Origin: Candidatus Omnitrophota bacterium
GTDB lineage: Bacteria; Omnitrophota; Gorgyraeia; Zapsychrales; Fredricksoniimonadaceae
Direction: 5' to 3'
Assembly (NCBI GenBank): GCA_903908245.1
Contig: CAIVRE010000015.1
Span: 5,468 to 69,467, forward strand
DNA: 64,000 bases
The position numbers and the translations under genes are program-made. Positions 9,613 to 20,134 of the stretch are shown here, one piece after another (position 1 is the stretch's first letter; the number at the start of each line of letters is the position of its first letter). The notes under the pieces were generated by a model. It was not told the DNA's origin. It was given only the letters and a program-made list of their open reading frames with translations, and ran no database searches.

Positions 9613-9642
9613 GGGCGGCAGAATTAAAGGTTGAATTATAAA

Positions 9643-9681
9643 GGGCTCAAGTGCTGCATGGTGCTTGAGCCCTTTGTGTTT
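9643..9681 (+). terminator. Intrinsic terminator after glnN
   Basis: GGGCTCAAG-tgctgcatggtg-CTTGAGCCC followed by TTTGTGTTT. Confidence 0.6.
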
Positions 9682-9723
9682 CGGGCGGAACAATTTACTG
9701 TTTGTATTGAAAGGCGATATGCT

Positions 9724-10416
9724 ATGATTCTGTTCATTAAACATATTGAGATCGAAGGGCCCGAGACGCTGGGAAGTTTTTTTGTCGAACAAGGCTTTCC
9801 TTTGCAGATTGTCAATTTGCAGGACGGTGATATCCTTCCGGAGGACCTGCGCGGTATTGATGCGGTCATTGCTTTGGGCGGTCCGATGAACGTCTATGAG
9901 GAAGATCGATATCCGTTCTTGAAAGAGGAAGATATATTTTTAAAGAAAGTGTTGGCCGGGCAGGTGCCGTTCCTGGGGATCTGTCTTGGAGCCCAGTTAT
10001 TGGCCAAGGCTTCCGGCGGCCGGGTTGTCCGTTCTCTCAAGGAAGAGATCGGCTGGTTTGATATCGGCTTCACGCCCGGTGGTCGAAAGGATCCTTTGTT
10101 CGAGGGGATCCCGGAGCCCTGGGAGGTTTTTCAGTGGCACGGCGACATGGCCGAGCCTTTGGGCGGGGAAGTGATCCTGGCTTCCTCCGCGCGTTGTCCG
10201 GTACAGGCTTTTCGTGTCGGGACCAATGCGTATGGCCTGCAGTTCCATGCGGAGATCACCGACAAGAGCATCCGGGACTGGTCGGCGGATTTTTCCCGGG
10301 ACAAACAGCCGGAGCGGGAAGCGATGTTGGAACATTATGACAGGGTCAAAGACGGGTTTCTGCGTAACGGAGGCAGGTTGTGCGCAAACTTTTTAAAGGT
10401 GATGAGGGCGAAATGA
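9724..10416 (+). CDS. Class I glutamine amidotransferase (GATase1, GuaA-N/PabA-like) stand-alone protein
   Basis: Catalytic-cysteine motif GICLGAQLL and later His region LQFHAE. Start chosen at ATG 9724 because the longer ORF would include the glnN terminator. Confidence 0.7.
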   Translation: MILFIKHIEIEGPETLGSFFVEQGFPLQIVNLQDGDILPEDLRGIDAVIALGGPMNVYEEDRYPFLKEEDIFLKKVLAGQVPFLGICLGAQLLAKASGGRVVRSLKEEIGWFDIGFTPGGRKDPLFEGIPEPWEVFQWHGDMAEPLGGEVILASSARCPVQAFRVGTNAYGLQFHAEITDKSIRDWSADFSRDKQPEREAMLEHYDRVKDGFLRNGGRLCANFLKVMRAK

Positions 10417-12029
10417 GCATCCGTATCGCGCTGGCGCAGATCAATACGACCGTTGGTGACCTGGAGGGCAATGCCGCCAGGGTGCTGGGATCCTGCCGCC
10501 GTGCCCGGGAGGCCGGGGCCGACCTGGCGGTTTTTCCCGAGCTTACAACCACAGGTTATCCGCCGGAAGACCTGCTGTTCAAGGATCATTTTATCGGCGG
10601 GAACCTGAAAAGCCTTGTGACCATTGCCCGTCAGGTGCGCGGGATCACGGCCGTGGTCGGTTTTGTGGACAGAGGGGCAAAGGGCGAGCTTTATAATGCG
10701 GCCGCGGTCATTGCCGACGGCGGGGTAAAAAGCGTTTATCATAAACAGGCCCTGCCGAATTACAGCGTTTTTGACGAGAAGCGGTATTTTTCGCCCGGAA
10801 AAAGAACCGGGCTTTTTTCGCTTAAAGGCCGCCGGTTTGCCGTTAATATCTGCGAAGACATCTGGGTGGATGGCGGTATCTTTAAAGCGCAGTCGGATGC
10901 GGGGGCCGGGATCATCCTGAATATTTCCAGTTCACCGTATGAATCCGGAAAACGGGCCGAGCGGCTGAAATTGATCGCGCGCCGCGCCAGGGAGACCGGC
11001 GCGGTGATCGTGTATGTGAACCTGGTGGGCGGCCAGGATGAACTGGTTTTTGACGGCGCCAGCCTGGTGGCGGATGAGCGGGGCCGTTTTATTGCGGCCG
11101 GCGCCCAATTTCGGGAAGACCTTGTTTTGGTCAATATTCCTGTCAATGCCGGGGTCGCATTGCCGAAGCCGCTGGAAGAGACGGCGGAAATGTATGAAGC
11201 GGTCCTGCTGGGGACGAGGGATTATATCCGCAAGAACGGGTTTAAAAAGGTCCTTATCGGCCTTTCCGGCGGGATCGATTCCGCCCTGGTGGCGGCGATC
11301 GCGGTGGATGCGGTCGGGAAAGAGAATGTGGTGTGTATCTCGATGCCGACGCGTTTTAACGCGAAGGCCACGCGCGATGACGCCAGGCGCCTGGCGAAAA
11401 ATCTTGGCGTGACATTCCATGAGATCCCCATTGAGCCGGTCGTCGGGGCGTTTTTAGGGACGCTTAAGGATTATTTCAGGGGAACTTCGTCCGGGCTGGC
11501 GGAAGAGAACCTTCAGGCACGTATCCGCGGGAACCTGTTGATGGCTTTTTCCAATAAATTCGGCTGGCTGCTTTTGACAACGGGGAACAAAAGCGAAATG
11601 GCGACCGGTTATTGCACGCTTTACGGGGACATGTCCGGCGGTTACGCGGTGATCAAGGATATTTTCAAGACCAAAGTATATGCGCTTTCGGAATATATCA
11701 ATGCCCGGGCCGGAAAAGCGGTGATCCCCCGCTCTATCATCACCCGTGCGCCGTCGGCAGAGCTGAAGGCCGGACAGAAAGACCAGGATTCCCTTCCGCC
11801 GTATCCGGTGCTGGATGACCTGCTCGGGCTGTATGTGGAGGGGCATTGCTCCCTGGATGTTATGGGCAAGGCCTGCGGCGATATGAAAATGGCCAAGAAA
11901 GTGGTTGAGCTGGTGGACAAAAGTGAGTATAAAAGACGACAGGCTCCGCCAGGGGTCAAGATCTCCAAACGGGCGTTTGGCAAGGACTGGCGTTTGCCGC
12001 TCACGAACAGATACAAGGCGGCGCGGTGA
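10413..12029 (+). CDS. nadE: Glutamine-dependent NAD+ synthetase (N-terminal nitrilase/CN-hydrolase domain plus NAD synthetase domain)
   Basis: MSIRIALAQINTTVGDLEGN (CN-hydrolase start). ATP-pyrophosphatase motif LIGLSGGIDSALVAA. Overlaps the upstream GATase stop by 4 nt. Confidence 0.8.
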   Translation: MSIRIALAQINTTVGDLEGNAARVLGSCRRAREAGADLAVFPELTTTGYPPEDLLFKDHFIGGNLKSLVTIARQVRGITAVVGFVDRGAKGELYNAAAVIADGGVKSVYHKQALPNYSVFDEKRYFSPGKRTGLFSLKGRRFAVNICEDIWVDGGIFKAQSDAGAGIILNISSSPYESGKRAERLKLIARRARETGAVIVYVNLVGGQDELVFDGASLVADERGRFIAAGAQFREDLVLVNIPVNAGVALPKPLEETAEMYEAVLLGTRDYIRKNGFKKVLIGLSGGIDSALVAAIAVDAVGKENVVCISMPTRFNAKATRDDARRLAKNLGVTFHEIPIEPVVGAFLGTLKDYFRGTSSGLAEENLQARIRGNLLMAFSNKFGWLLLTTGNKSEMATGYCTLYGDMSGGYAVIKDIFKTKVYALSEYINARAGKAVIPRSIITRAPSAELKAGQKDQDSLPPYPVLDDLLGLYVEGHCSLDVMGKACGDMKMAKKVVELVDKSEYKRRQAPPGVKISKRAFGKDWRLPLTNRYKAAR

Positions 12030-12718
12030 AACTTTCAATTGTTGTTCCGGCGTATAATGAAGAGCTTACGGTCGTGCAGGTCATTCACGCGGCGAAAGCC
12101 GTTGAGCTGCCCGCGGGGATCGACCGGGAGATCGTTGTGGTGAATGACGGGTCTAACGACGGGACGGCCGGGGTCCTTGGCCGTTTTGACGGCGACCGGT
12201 TTGTCCGGGTGTTCCATCAGACCAACCAGGGAAAGGCCGCGGCGATCCGCCGGGGGCTGAAAGAGGTGACGGGCGACCTGGTCCTGATCCAGGATGCCGA
12301 CCTGGAATATCATCCGTCCCAGTATCCGCAGCTGCTGGCACCGGTCCTGAGCTTTCAGGCGGATGCGGTCTATGGTTCCCGTTTTAAGGGCAGGATCGAA
12401 GCGATGGAGCCGATCAACCGTTGGGCGAACATTGTTTCGAACATTACTTTCAATGTTCTGTTCGGCACCCGCTTGACCGATATCAATACATGTTTCAAGC
12501 TGTTCCGCACCGCAGACCTTCGTTCCATCACCATTGAATCGGAGCATTTTGCCCTGGAGACGGAAATTACGGCCAAGCTGAGGCGCAAGGGCATCCGTAT
12601 CGTGGAAGTCCCGATCAACTATCAGGCGCGTTCTATCGGCCAGGGCAAGAAGATCGACTGGCCAAAGGGGTTGTGGATGTACTGGGCTATTTTTCAGTAT
12701 CGGTTTTCCAAGGGATGA
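12026..12718 (+). CDS. Family 2 glycosyltransferase (DPM1/polyprenyl-phosphate sugar synthase-like)
   Basis: MKLSIVVPAYNEE...VVVNDGSNDGT...IQDADLE: GT-A fold motifs (DxD). Start overlaps the nadE stop (ATGA). Confidence 0.65.
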   Translation: MKLSIVVPAYNEELTVVQVIHAAKAVELPAGIDREIVVVNDGSNDGTAGVLGRFDGDRFVRVFHQTNQGKAAAIRRGLKEVTGDLVLIQDADLEYHPSQYPQLLAPVLSFQADAVYGSRFKGRIEAMEPINRWANIVSNITFNVLFGTRLTDINTCFKLFRTADLRSITIESEHFALETEITAKLRRKGIRIVEVPINYQARSIGQGKKIDWPKGLWMYWAIFQYRFSKG

Positions 12719-12724
12719 CGATCA

Positions 12725-13441
12725 ATGAGCGAGTTGTTTAAAGCCCTGGAAGTCGTTGGCGCGACAGGCCGTTATCAGCAGTGGATCATTGCTCATTTCA
12801 GGCCGTATTTGTCCGGTGTTGTTTTTGACATTGGCAGCGGGCGCGGGGATATGGCGGAATTGTACGATGTGCCGCAGGTTGAAAAGATCATTTGTTCGGA
12901 TCACTCCGCGGAAATGGTCGCCTTCCTGGAAAAGCGGTTCATCGGCCGAAAGCCCAGATACGAGGTCCTTCCCCTGGCAGATATTTCTTTTCCTGCGCGG
13001 GCAGCGGTCTTAAAGGAGCATTTACCCGATACGGTCATTGCGATTAACGTGTTGGAACATATTGAGGATGACCGCGCGGCGATCGGGAACATGGCGCGGA
13101 TCCTTATGCCGGGCGGACGGATGCTGATCATGGTGCCCGCGTTGCCCGCGATCCATGGTACGCTCGATGATATGGCGGGCCATATCAGGCGGTATACTAG
13201 GGAAGACCTTGTGACGAAAGTAACGGCGGCGGGGCTTGATGTCGACCGGGCTTATTATATGAATTTTTTCGGGATCGTCTCCTGGTTCTTGGCGGGCAGG
13301 GTTTTGCGTCAAACAAGGTTTGACACCGGGATGTGCGGGGCCTTGGACCGGGTTGTCCCGTTCCTGAGAGCGATCGAAGGTTGTTTCCATCCGCCGGTCG
13401 GGCAGTCGTTGATCCTGGTCGCGCACAAGCGAGGCCGTTAA
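12725..13441 (+). CDS. Class I SAM-dependent methyltransferase
   Basis: Motif I VFDIGSGRGDMA and overall Methyltransf_11/23-like layout. Confidence 0.6.
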   Translation: MSELFKALEVVGATGRYQQWIIAHFRPYLSGVVFDIGSGRGDMAELYDVPQVEKIICSDHSAEMVAFLEKRFIGRKPRYEVLPLADISFPARAAVLKEHLPDTVIAINVLEHIEDDRAAIGNMARILMPGGRMLIMVPALPAIHGTLDDMAGHIRRYTREDLVTKVTAAGLDVDRAYYMNFFGIVSWFLAGRVLRQTRFDTGMCGALDRVVPFLRAIEGCFHPPVGQSLILVAHKRGR

Positions 13442-13528
13442 AAAATAGTTGCTTTTACATGCCCGTGGACTTAAAATACACGCCTTTATATAACAAAATA
13501 ATCTTATAAGCCTATCGGAGTTCTTCCA

Positions 13529-16189
13529 ATGAATGCTGGCGGTTATCCTTCCAAACAGGGGCTTTATGACCCTCAATTTGAACATGATGCGTGCGGTGTC
13601 GGCTTTGTGGCGGATATCAAAGGCCGCAAGTCCCATGAGATCGTCCGTCAGGGCATCAGTATCCTTGAGAACCTGGCGCATCGCGGCGCGTGCGGCTGCG
13701 ACCCTTTAACAGGGGACGGCGCGGGTATTTTACTGCAGATGCCGGACCAGTTCCTGCGCAAGGCCGCGAAAGCCGAAGGTTTCGTGCTTCCGGCGCCGGG
13801 GGATTATGCCTGCGGGATGGTCTTTCTTCCCGTTGAGCCTCAGTCGCGCAATATCATCGAGGAGTGGGTCGAGCAGATCATTCATGAGGAAGGCCAGCAG
13901 TTCCTGGGTTGGCGCGCCATCCCCCACGATGACAGGCATGTCGGCCGGGTCGCCCATTCGGTACAGCCGGAATTGAGGCAGATCTTTATCGGCCGCGGCG
14001 CGGATACGAAACCCGAGGAATTCGAGCGTAAATTATATGTCCTGCGCAAGCGTTGCTGGACGAAAGTCCACACGTCCACGGTGCATGACCGCAGTTATTT
14101 TTATATTTGCAGCCTGTCGTCAAAGACGATCGTTTATAAAGGCCAGTTCATGGCCGAACAGCTGGGGCCGTTCTTTTCCGACCTTTCCGACCCCGATATG
14201 ATCTCGGCGCTCGCGCTGGTCCATTCGCGTTACAGCACGAATACTTTTCCGACCTGGTCCTTGGCGCATCCTTACCGCCTGCTGGCGCATAACGGCGAGA
14301 TCAACACCCTGCGCGGCAACCTGAACTGGATGCGTGCGCGCGAAGCGCAAATGGCCAATCAGTTGTTCGGCAAGGACGTGAAGAAGATCTATCCGATCGT
14401 CGGCCCATTCGGGAGCGATTCGGCATCGTTCGATAACGCGCTGGAGCTCCTGGTCATGGCCGGACGTTCCTTGCCCCACGCGGTCCTGATGATGGTCCCT
14501 GAAGCCTGGGTGGGCGATGAGGCGATCAGCGCGGAAAAGCGCGCGTTCTATGAATATCATGCCCTGTTGATGGAGCCATGGGACGGCCCGGCGTGCATCG
14601 CGTTCACGGATGGCAGTTATATCGGGGCGGTCCTGGACCGCAACGGGCTTCGTCCGTCGAGATATACGGTCACCAAAGACGGCCTGGTCGTAATGGCGTC
14701 CGAGACGGGGGTCCTTCCGATCGCGCCGGAACGGGTGGCGAAGAAAGGCCGCTTACAGCCCGGGAAGATGTTCTTGATCGATACGGTCGGGGGCCGGATC
14801 ATCGATGACAAGGAGATCAAGGAGACATATGCCCGGCGCAAGCCTTACGGGCAGTGGCTCAAGGATAATATTGTCGATCTGAAGGATTTGCCGGAGCCCA
14901 GGAAGGTTTCGGGGCTGAATGAAAAAACACTCATGGAGCGCCAGCGTGCGTTCGGCTATACGCAGGAAGACCTCAAGATCGTCCTGAAAGCCATGGTCGA
15001 GAACGGGGAAGAGGCGACAGGATCCATGGGGGCGGATAACCCGGTCGCGGTGCTGTCCGGCCGTTCACAGCTCTTCTTCAATTATTTTAAACAGCTTTTT
15101 GCCCAGGTCACCAATCCGCCGGTTGATCCCATCCGTGAAGAGGTCGTGATGGCGGAAAATGTCTATCTTGGCTCCGAAGGCAATATCCTGGCGGAAACGC
15201 CCGATCATGCCCGCCGTTTGCGGCTGGCTCGGCCGATTCTGACCAACAGGGAGCTGGAACAGATCGCGCATGTGAACATGTCCGGATTGAAAAGCGCAAC
15301 GTTCCCGATCGTTTTCCGCAAGGCCGATGGCCCCGGCGGGCTGGCCAAGGCGATGGACGAGCTGTTCGTCCGCGTGGACAAGGCGATCGCGGAGGGCGTT
15401 AATATCCTGGTCCTTTCCGACCGCGAGATGGGCGCGAAGAGCGTGGCCATCCCGTCGTTGCTGGCGTGCGCGGGACTGCACCATCATTTGATCCGCAAGG
15501 GAACGCGCACCAAAGTGTCCCTTGTCCTTGAAACGGGCGAGGCGCGTGAAATGCACCATTTCGCGGTCCTGATCGGTTACGGCGCGAACGCGGTCAATCC
15601 GTACCTTGCGCTGGAAACGATCGAAAGCGAAGTGAACAAGGGGAATTTCAAAGGGCCTGATCTGGACTGGCATCACGCGGAGAAGAATTATATCAAGGCC
15701 ACGCGCAAGGGCTTGTTCAAGATCATTTCCAAGATGGGGATCTCGACCATCCAGTCGTATTGCGGCGCGCAGATCTTCGAGGCTGTCGGGCTTGGCAAGG
15801 AGCTGATCGAAAAGTATTTTACCGCCACGCCGTCGCGGATCGGCGGGATCGAGATCGGGACCGTTGCCGAGGAATCCCTGCTCCGTCACGCGCAGGGGTA
15901 TCCTGATGCCGGGCCGGAAGAGCACCTGCTCGATGAAGGCGGCTGGTACCACTGGCGCAAAGACGGGGAATACCATCAGATCAACCCCGAGGTCATTGCG
16001 ACGCTGCAGCAGGCGGTGCGTGCGAACGATTATCAGCTGTTCAAGAAATTCAGCAAGACCGTCAATGAGGCCGACCGGACCATTCCCAATATCCGCGGCC
16101 TGATGCAGTTCAAAAAAGGCGCGGCTATTCCCTTATCCGAGGTTGAACCGGCCTCCGAGATCGTGAAGCGTTTTGCGACCGGGCGATGA
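13529..16189 (+). CDS. gltB: Glutamate synthase large subunit GltB, N-terminal part (Ntn-amidotransferase and central domains). Interrupted by an apparent 1-nt frameshift
   Basis: Starts [30 protein letters not shown] (Cys1 nucleophile). Ends ...VKRFATGR*, exactly where intact GltB reads FATGAMSYGS. Confidence 0.8.
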   Translation: MNAGGYPSKQGLYDPQFEHDACGVGFVADIKGRKSHEIVRQGISILENLAHRGACGCDPLTGDGAGILLQMPDQFLRKAAKAEGFVLPAPGDYACGMVFLPVEPQSRNIIEEWVEQIIHEEGQQFLGWRAIPHDDRHVGRVAHSVQPELRQIFIGRGADTKPEEFERKLYVLRKRCWTKVHTSTVHDRSYFYICSLSSKTIVYKGQFMAEQLGPFFSDLSDPDMISALALVHSRYSTNTFPTWSLAHPYRLLAHNGEINTLRGNLNWMRAREAQMANQLFGKDVKKIYPIVGPFGSDSASFDNALELLVMAGRSLPHAVLMMVPEAWVGDEAISAEKRAFYEYHALLMEPWDGPACIAFTDGSYIGAVLDRNGLRPSRYTVTKDGLVVMASETGVLPIAPERVAKKGRLQPGKMFLIDTVGGRIIDDKEIKETYARRKPYGQWLKDNIVDLKDLPEPRKVSGLNEKTLMERQRAFGYTQEDLKIVLKAMVENGEEATGSMGADNPVAVLSGRSQLFFNYFKQLFAQVTNPPVDPIREEVVMAENVYLGSEGNILAETPDHARRLRLARPILTNRELEQIAHVNMSGLKSATFPIVFRKADGPGGLAKAMDELFVRVDKAIAEGVNILVLSDREMGAKSVAIPSLLACAGLHHHLIRKGTRTKVSLVLETGEAREMHHFAVLIGYGANAVNPYLALETIESEVNKGNFKGPDLDWHHAEKNYIKATRKGLFKIISKMGISTIQSYCGAQIFEAVGLGKELIEKYFTATPSRIGGIEIGTVAEESLLRHAQGYPDAGPEEHLLDEGGWYHWRKDGEYHQINPEVIATLQQAVRANDYQLFKKFSKTVNEADRTIPNIRGLMQFKKGAAIPLSEVEPASEIVKRFATGR

Positions 16190-18060
16190 GCTACGGTTCC
16201 ATTTCCAAGGAAGCGCATGAGACGATGGCCATTGCCATGAACCGCCTGGGCGGTTTTTCCAACACCGGTGAAGGCGGGGAAGACCCCTTGCGGTTTAAAA
16301 AGGATGCTAACGGTGATGTCCGCCGCAGCCGCATCAAACAGGTGGCGCAGGGGCGGTTCGGTGTCAACATTGAATACCTGGTCAATTCTGACCAGATGCA
16401 GATCAAGATGGCGCAGGGGGCCAAGCCCGGCGAGGGCGGCCAGCTTCCCGGCCACAAGGTCACGCAGGAGATCGCAAAGACCCGCGGCACAACGGCAGGC
16501 GTCCAGCTGATCTCGCCGCCGCCGCATCATGATATTTATTCGATCGAGGACCTGGCCCAGCTGATCCATGACCTGAAGAACGCCAATCCGCAGGCGGATG
16601 TGAGCGTGAAGCTTGTGTCCGAGATCGGCGTGGGGACGGTCGCGGCCGGCGTGTCCAAGGGCAAGTCCGACCATGTTCTGATCTCGGGTTATGACGGCGG
16701 TACGGGGGCGTCCCCGCAGACGTCTATCAAGCATGCCGGCCTTCCGATGGAGCTCGGCCTTGCCGAGACCCAGCAGGTCCTGGTCATGAACGATCTGCGC
16801 GGGCGTATCCGCGTGCAGGCGGACGGCCAGCTCAAGACGGGGCGGGACGTGGTCATTACGGCGATGCTTGGCGCGGATGAGTTCGGGTTTTCCACTATTG
16901 TACTGGTTACGCTCGGGTGCGTCATGTTGCGCAAATGCCATCTGGATGCCTGTTCGGTCGGCATTGCGACCCAGGATCCGCAGCTGCGCGCGAATTTTGC
17001 CGGCAAGCCGGAGTATGTGGTGAGTTTCTTCACGTTCCTGGCCGAGGAGATCCGCGAGTTGATGGCTGAACTGGGTTTCCGGAAGTTCGAGGACATGGTC
17101 GGCCGCGTGGATATGCTGGAAGCCAAGGATGTCATCAGCCACTGGAAATTGAAGGGGATCGACCTTGCGAATATCCTGCATCGGGTGGATGTTCCCAAAG
17201 AGGTCCCTATTCATCATTGTTTGAAGCAGGAGCATGGCCTGGAGAAGGCGCTGGATAATGAGCTTATCGTAAAATGCCGGGACGCTGTCGAAAACAAAAC
17301 GCCGGTGCGCTTTTCGTCCGCGGTCAGGAATGTCAATCGTACTGTCGGGACGATGCTCAGCTCCACGATCGCCCGCCGTTACGGGATGGCCGGACTTCCG
17401 GAAGGGACCATTCACATCGATTTTACGGGTTCGGGCGGGCAGAGTTTCGGGGCGTTCCTTTCCAGGGGTGTCACCTTTGAACTGGAAGGCGATGCCAACG
17501 ATTATGTCGGCAAGGGGTTGTCCGGCGGCCGGATCATTGTGTATCCGTCGAAAAAGGCTTCGCTGGTGGCGGAAGACAACATCCTTATCGGCAATGTGGT
17601 CCTTTACGGGGCGATCGCCGGCGAGGCGTATTTTCGCGGGATCGCCGGCGAACGTTTTTGCGTGCGTAATTCGGGCGGGCACGCCGTTGTGGAGGGAGTG
17701 GGGGACCACGGTTGTGAATATATGACGGGCGGACGGGTCGCAGTCCTTGGAGGCACGGGGCGTAATTTTGCGGCGGGGATGTCCGGCGGCATTGCGTATG
17801 TCCTGGATGCGGACGGGACGTTCGCCAGCCGCTGCAATATGGGGATGGTGGACCTCTTTCCCGTTTTGGACGCTTCCGATGTTGCGGAGCTTAGGGGCAT
17901 GATCGAACGCCATCAAAAGCATACGCAAAGTGTTGTTGCCGGGAACATCCTTGAGCATTGGGATATAACGCTGCCGCGGTTCGTGAAGGTTTATCCTCGC
18001 GATTTCCGCAAGGCGGTAGAAAAAGCGCAACAGGCCGCAGTGCCGGCCGGCAAGGGATAA
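16186..18060 (+). CDS. gltB: Glutamate synthase large subunit GltB, C-terminal part (FMN-binding and GXGXG domains). Continuation after the frameshift
   Basis: Begins [23 protein letters not shown]..., the conserved FMN-domain sequence, in the -1 frame relative to the upstream part. The two parts total ~1510 aa, matching full-length GltB. Confidence 0.8.
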   Translation: MSYGSISKEAHETMAIAMNRLGGFSNTGEGGEDPLRFKKDANGDVRRSRIKQVAQGRFGVNIEYLVNSDQMQIKMAQGAKPGEGGQLPGHKVTQEIAKTRGTTAGVQLISPPPHHDIYSIEDLAQLIHDLKNANPQADVSVKLVSEIGVGTVAAGVSKGKSDHVLISGYDGGTGASPQTSIKHAGLPMELGLAETQQVLVMNDLRGRIRVQADGQLKTGRDVVITAMLGADEFGFSTIVLVTLGCVMLRKCHLDACSVGIATQDPQLRANFAGKPEYVVSFFTFLAEEIRELMAELGFRKFEDMVGRVDMLEAKDVISHWKLKGIDLANILHRVDVPKEVPIHHCLKQEHGLEKALDNELIVKCRDAVENKTPVRFSSAVRNVNRTVGTMLSSTIARRYGMAGLPEGTIHIDFTGSGGQSFGAFLSRGVTFELEGDANDYVGKGLSGGRIIVYPSKKASLVAEDNILIGNVVLYGAIAGEAYFRGIAGERFCVRNSGGHAVVEGVGDHGCEYMTGGRVAVLGGTGRNFAAGMSGGIAYVLDADGTFASRCNMGMVDLFPVLDASDVAELRGMIERHQKHTQSVVAGNILEHWDITLPRFVKVYPRDFRKAVEKAQQAAVPAGKG

Positions 18061-18073
18061 AGGACCAAAGGCC

Positions 18074-19525
18074 ATGGGCGAAGTCAAAGGATTCCTCAAG
18101 TATAAGCGTGAAGAATACACCAAAGAGCCGGTGAGCGGGCGGCTTAAGCACTGGAAAGAGTTCATCAGGCTTCCGGACGAGAAGGGATTGAAAGAGCAGG
18201 GCGGCCGTTGCATGGATTGCGGCGTTCCGTTCTGTCAGTGGGGTTGCCCTATCGGCAACATTATCCCGTCCTGGAATGACCTTGTGAACAAGGGCCAGTG
18301 GAAAGAGGCGATGGAGCGGCTGCACAAGACCAATAATTTTCCGGAGTTCACGGGCAGGGTCTGTCCGGCTCCGTGCGAGAATTCCTGCACCCTTGCCATC
18401 AATAATCCGGCGGTCACGATCAAGAATATTGAGCTTGCGATCATTGAGCGTGCTTATCAGGAAGGCTGGGTCAAGGCGGAACCGCCTAAAACGCGTACGG
18501 GAATGAAGGTGGCGATCGTTGGCGGCGGCCCGGCAGGTTTGGCTTGTGCCGATCAGCTCAATAAAAAAGGGCATAAGGTCACTGTTTACGAGAAAAACGA
18601 AGCGGTCGGAGGCCTTCTGACGCTGGGGATCCCGAATTTCAAGCTTGAAAAAGAGGTGGTTGCGCGCCGCGTTCAGCGGATGGAGCAGGAAGGGGTCGTT
18701 CTCAGGGCCGGAGTGAACGTTGGCGTGGATGTGGATCCGAATGAATTGCGCAAACAGCATGACGCGGTCGTGCTGTGCGGCGGGGCGGAATTACCCAGGG
18801 ATATTGCGGTCCCTGGACGGGAGTTGAAGGGGGTTTATTACGCGATGCAGTATCTCGCGCAGAAGACCCGTCTGGTCATGGGGACAAAGGTTGACGCGAG
18901 TGGCTTGATCGACGTCAAGGGCAAAAAGGTCGTTGTCCTGGGCGGGGGAGATACCGGTTCGGATTGTGTGGGGACGTCCAATCGTCTGGGAGCGGCATCG
19001 GTCCAGCAGTTCGAGCTTCTGGCCAAACCTCCGGCCGCGCGTGCCGGCGATAATCCCTGGCCGTATTGGGCGTTCATCCTGCGCACATCCACCTCGCATG
19101 AGGAAGGCTGTGAGCGCAATTATAATATCCTGACAAAGAAATTTTCAGGGGACGGGCACGGTAATTTGAAGAAACTTCACGGGGTTCGCCTGGACTGGTC
19201 AACCAGAGACGTGAACGGCCGTTCGGTGATGAAAGAGGTCCCGGGGTCGGAATTCGAGATCGACTGCGACCTTGTTTTCCTGGCGCTTGGATTTCTTGGC
19301 CCGGTCAAAGGCGGGTTGCTGGAAAAGATCGGCGTTGAGCTCGATGGCCGCGGGAATGTGAAGGCCGACGCGAATAAAATGACCTCTGTCCCCGGGGTTT
19401 TTACGGCGGGGGATATGACCCGGGGCCAGTCGCTGGTCGTCTGGGCTATCCAGGAAGGCCGTGCGGCGGCGGAAGGTGTGCATGCTTATTTGGTATCAAA
19501 AATGGCGAAGACGCAGGCAGGTTGA
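18074..19525 (+). CDS. gltD: Glutamate synthase small subunit (NADPH-dependent, GltD)
   Basis: MGEVKGFLKYKREEY..., Fe-S Cys cluster CMDCGVPFC, Rossmann motif VAIVGGGPAGLACA. Confidence 0.8.
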   Translation: MGEVKGFLKYKREEYTKEPVSGRLKHWKEFIRLPDEKGLKEQGGRCMDCGVPFCQWGCPIGNIIPSWNDLVNKGQWKEAMERLHKTNNFPEFTGRVCPAPCENSCTLAINNPAVTIKNIELAIIERAYQEGWVKAEPPKTRTGMKVAIVGGGPAGLACADQLNKKGHKVTVYEKNEAVGGLLTLGIPNFKLEKEVVARRVQRMEQEGVVLRAGVNVGVDVDPNELRKQHDAVVLCGGAELPRDIAVPGRELKGVYYAMQYLAQKTRLVMGTKVDASGLIDVKGKKVVVLGGGDTGSDCVGTSNRLGAASVQQFELLAKPPAARAGDNPWPYWAFILRTSTSHEEGCERNYNILTKKFSGDGHGNLKKLHGVRLDWSTRDVNGRSVMKEVPGSEFEIDCDLVFLALGFLGPVKGGLLEKIGVELDGRGNVKADANKMTSVPGVFTAGDMTRGQSLVVWAIQEGRAAAEGVHAYLVSKMAKTQAG

Positions 19526-19547
19526 ATCAAACAAACGAGGTATTGTT

Positions 19548-20129
19548 ATGAGAAAAATGATGGCAGTTCTATTGATCGCCGGTCTGATCTTCACGGGTTG
19601 CGCGAAAAAAGAAGCTCCGGCTGCGTCCAGGACGCAATCCGCGGCGCGCAAACTTCTGGTGGAAGGCACCGTGTATCTTAAACAGGGAGACATCAAGGGC
19701 GCGGTGGGGAATTTTGCTGCGGCGATCAAGGTCGCGCCGGATGATTTTGAAGGGTATTTCATGCTCAGCGAGACGTTCGTTCATCTCAAGCAGTATCCGC
19801 AGGCGATCGCGGTCCTTTCAACGGCGGTGCATCAATTCCCGGAGAACGGGCTGGTGTATTACCTTTTGGCCGTGGCCTATGAGTCTGCGGAGCAGCCTTT
19901 GCCGGCGATCGTAGCGGCCCGCCGCAGTGTTGAGATCTTTAGCGCCAAAGGTGACCAGGACGGGGTCAAGCGTTCGGCGATCCTGCTGGCCGGGCTGATC
20001 GAGTCGGCCAAGAAGCAGTCCGAGGATATGGCAACAGCCAATGCGGCCAAGGATGCGGCCAATGCCGCGGCTCCGGCCAAGGTTGTGGCGCCGTCAGAAC
20101 CGTTGTCTGTTCCAGCGGTGAAGAAGTAA
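19548..20129 (+). CDS. TPR-like lipoprotein
   Basis: Signal and lipobox MRKMMAVLLIAGLIFTGC. RBS GAGG upstream. TPR-like helices. Ala/Lys-rich tail. Confidence 0.5.
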   Translation: MRKMMAVLLIAGLIFTGCAKKEAPAASRTQSAARKLLVEGTVYLKQGDIKGAVGNFAAAIKVAPDDFEGYFMLSETFVHLKQYPQAIAVLSTAVHQFPENGLVYYLLAVAYESAEQPLPAIVAARRSVEIFSAKGDQDGVKRSAILLAGLIESAKKQSEDMATANAAKDAANAAAPAKVVAPSEPLSVPAVKK

Positions 20130-20134
20130 GCGTA

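Noticed and set aside
9631-9723. Longer N-terminal extension of the GATase ORF (alternative start at 9631)
   Set aside because: The extension spans the glnN intrinsic terminator hairpin and uses a TTG with no RBS. The ATG at 9724 gives a normal GATase N-terminus.
16033-18213. 726-aa ORF antisense to gltB, plus similar long antisense ORFs opposite carB (23449-24762, 25678-27078), glmS (42072-43793), pyrC (47617-48780) and dacA/dsbA (39828-40970)
   Set aside because: These are shadow ORFs typical of GC-rich coding DNA. The sense strand carries unmistakable conserved enzymes, the antisense products are low-complexity Arg/Pro/Gly-rich, and there are no RBSs.
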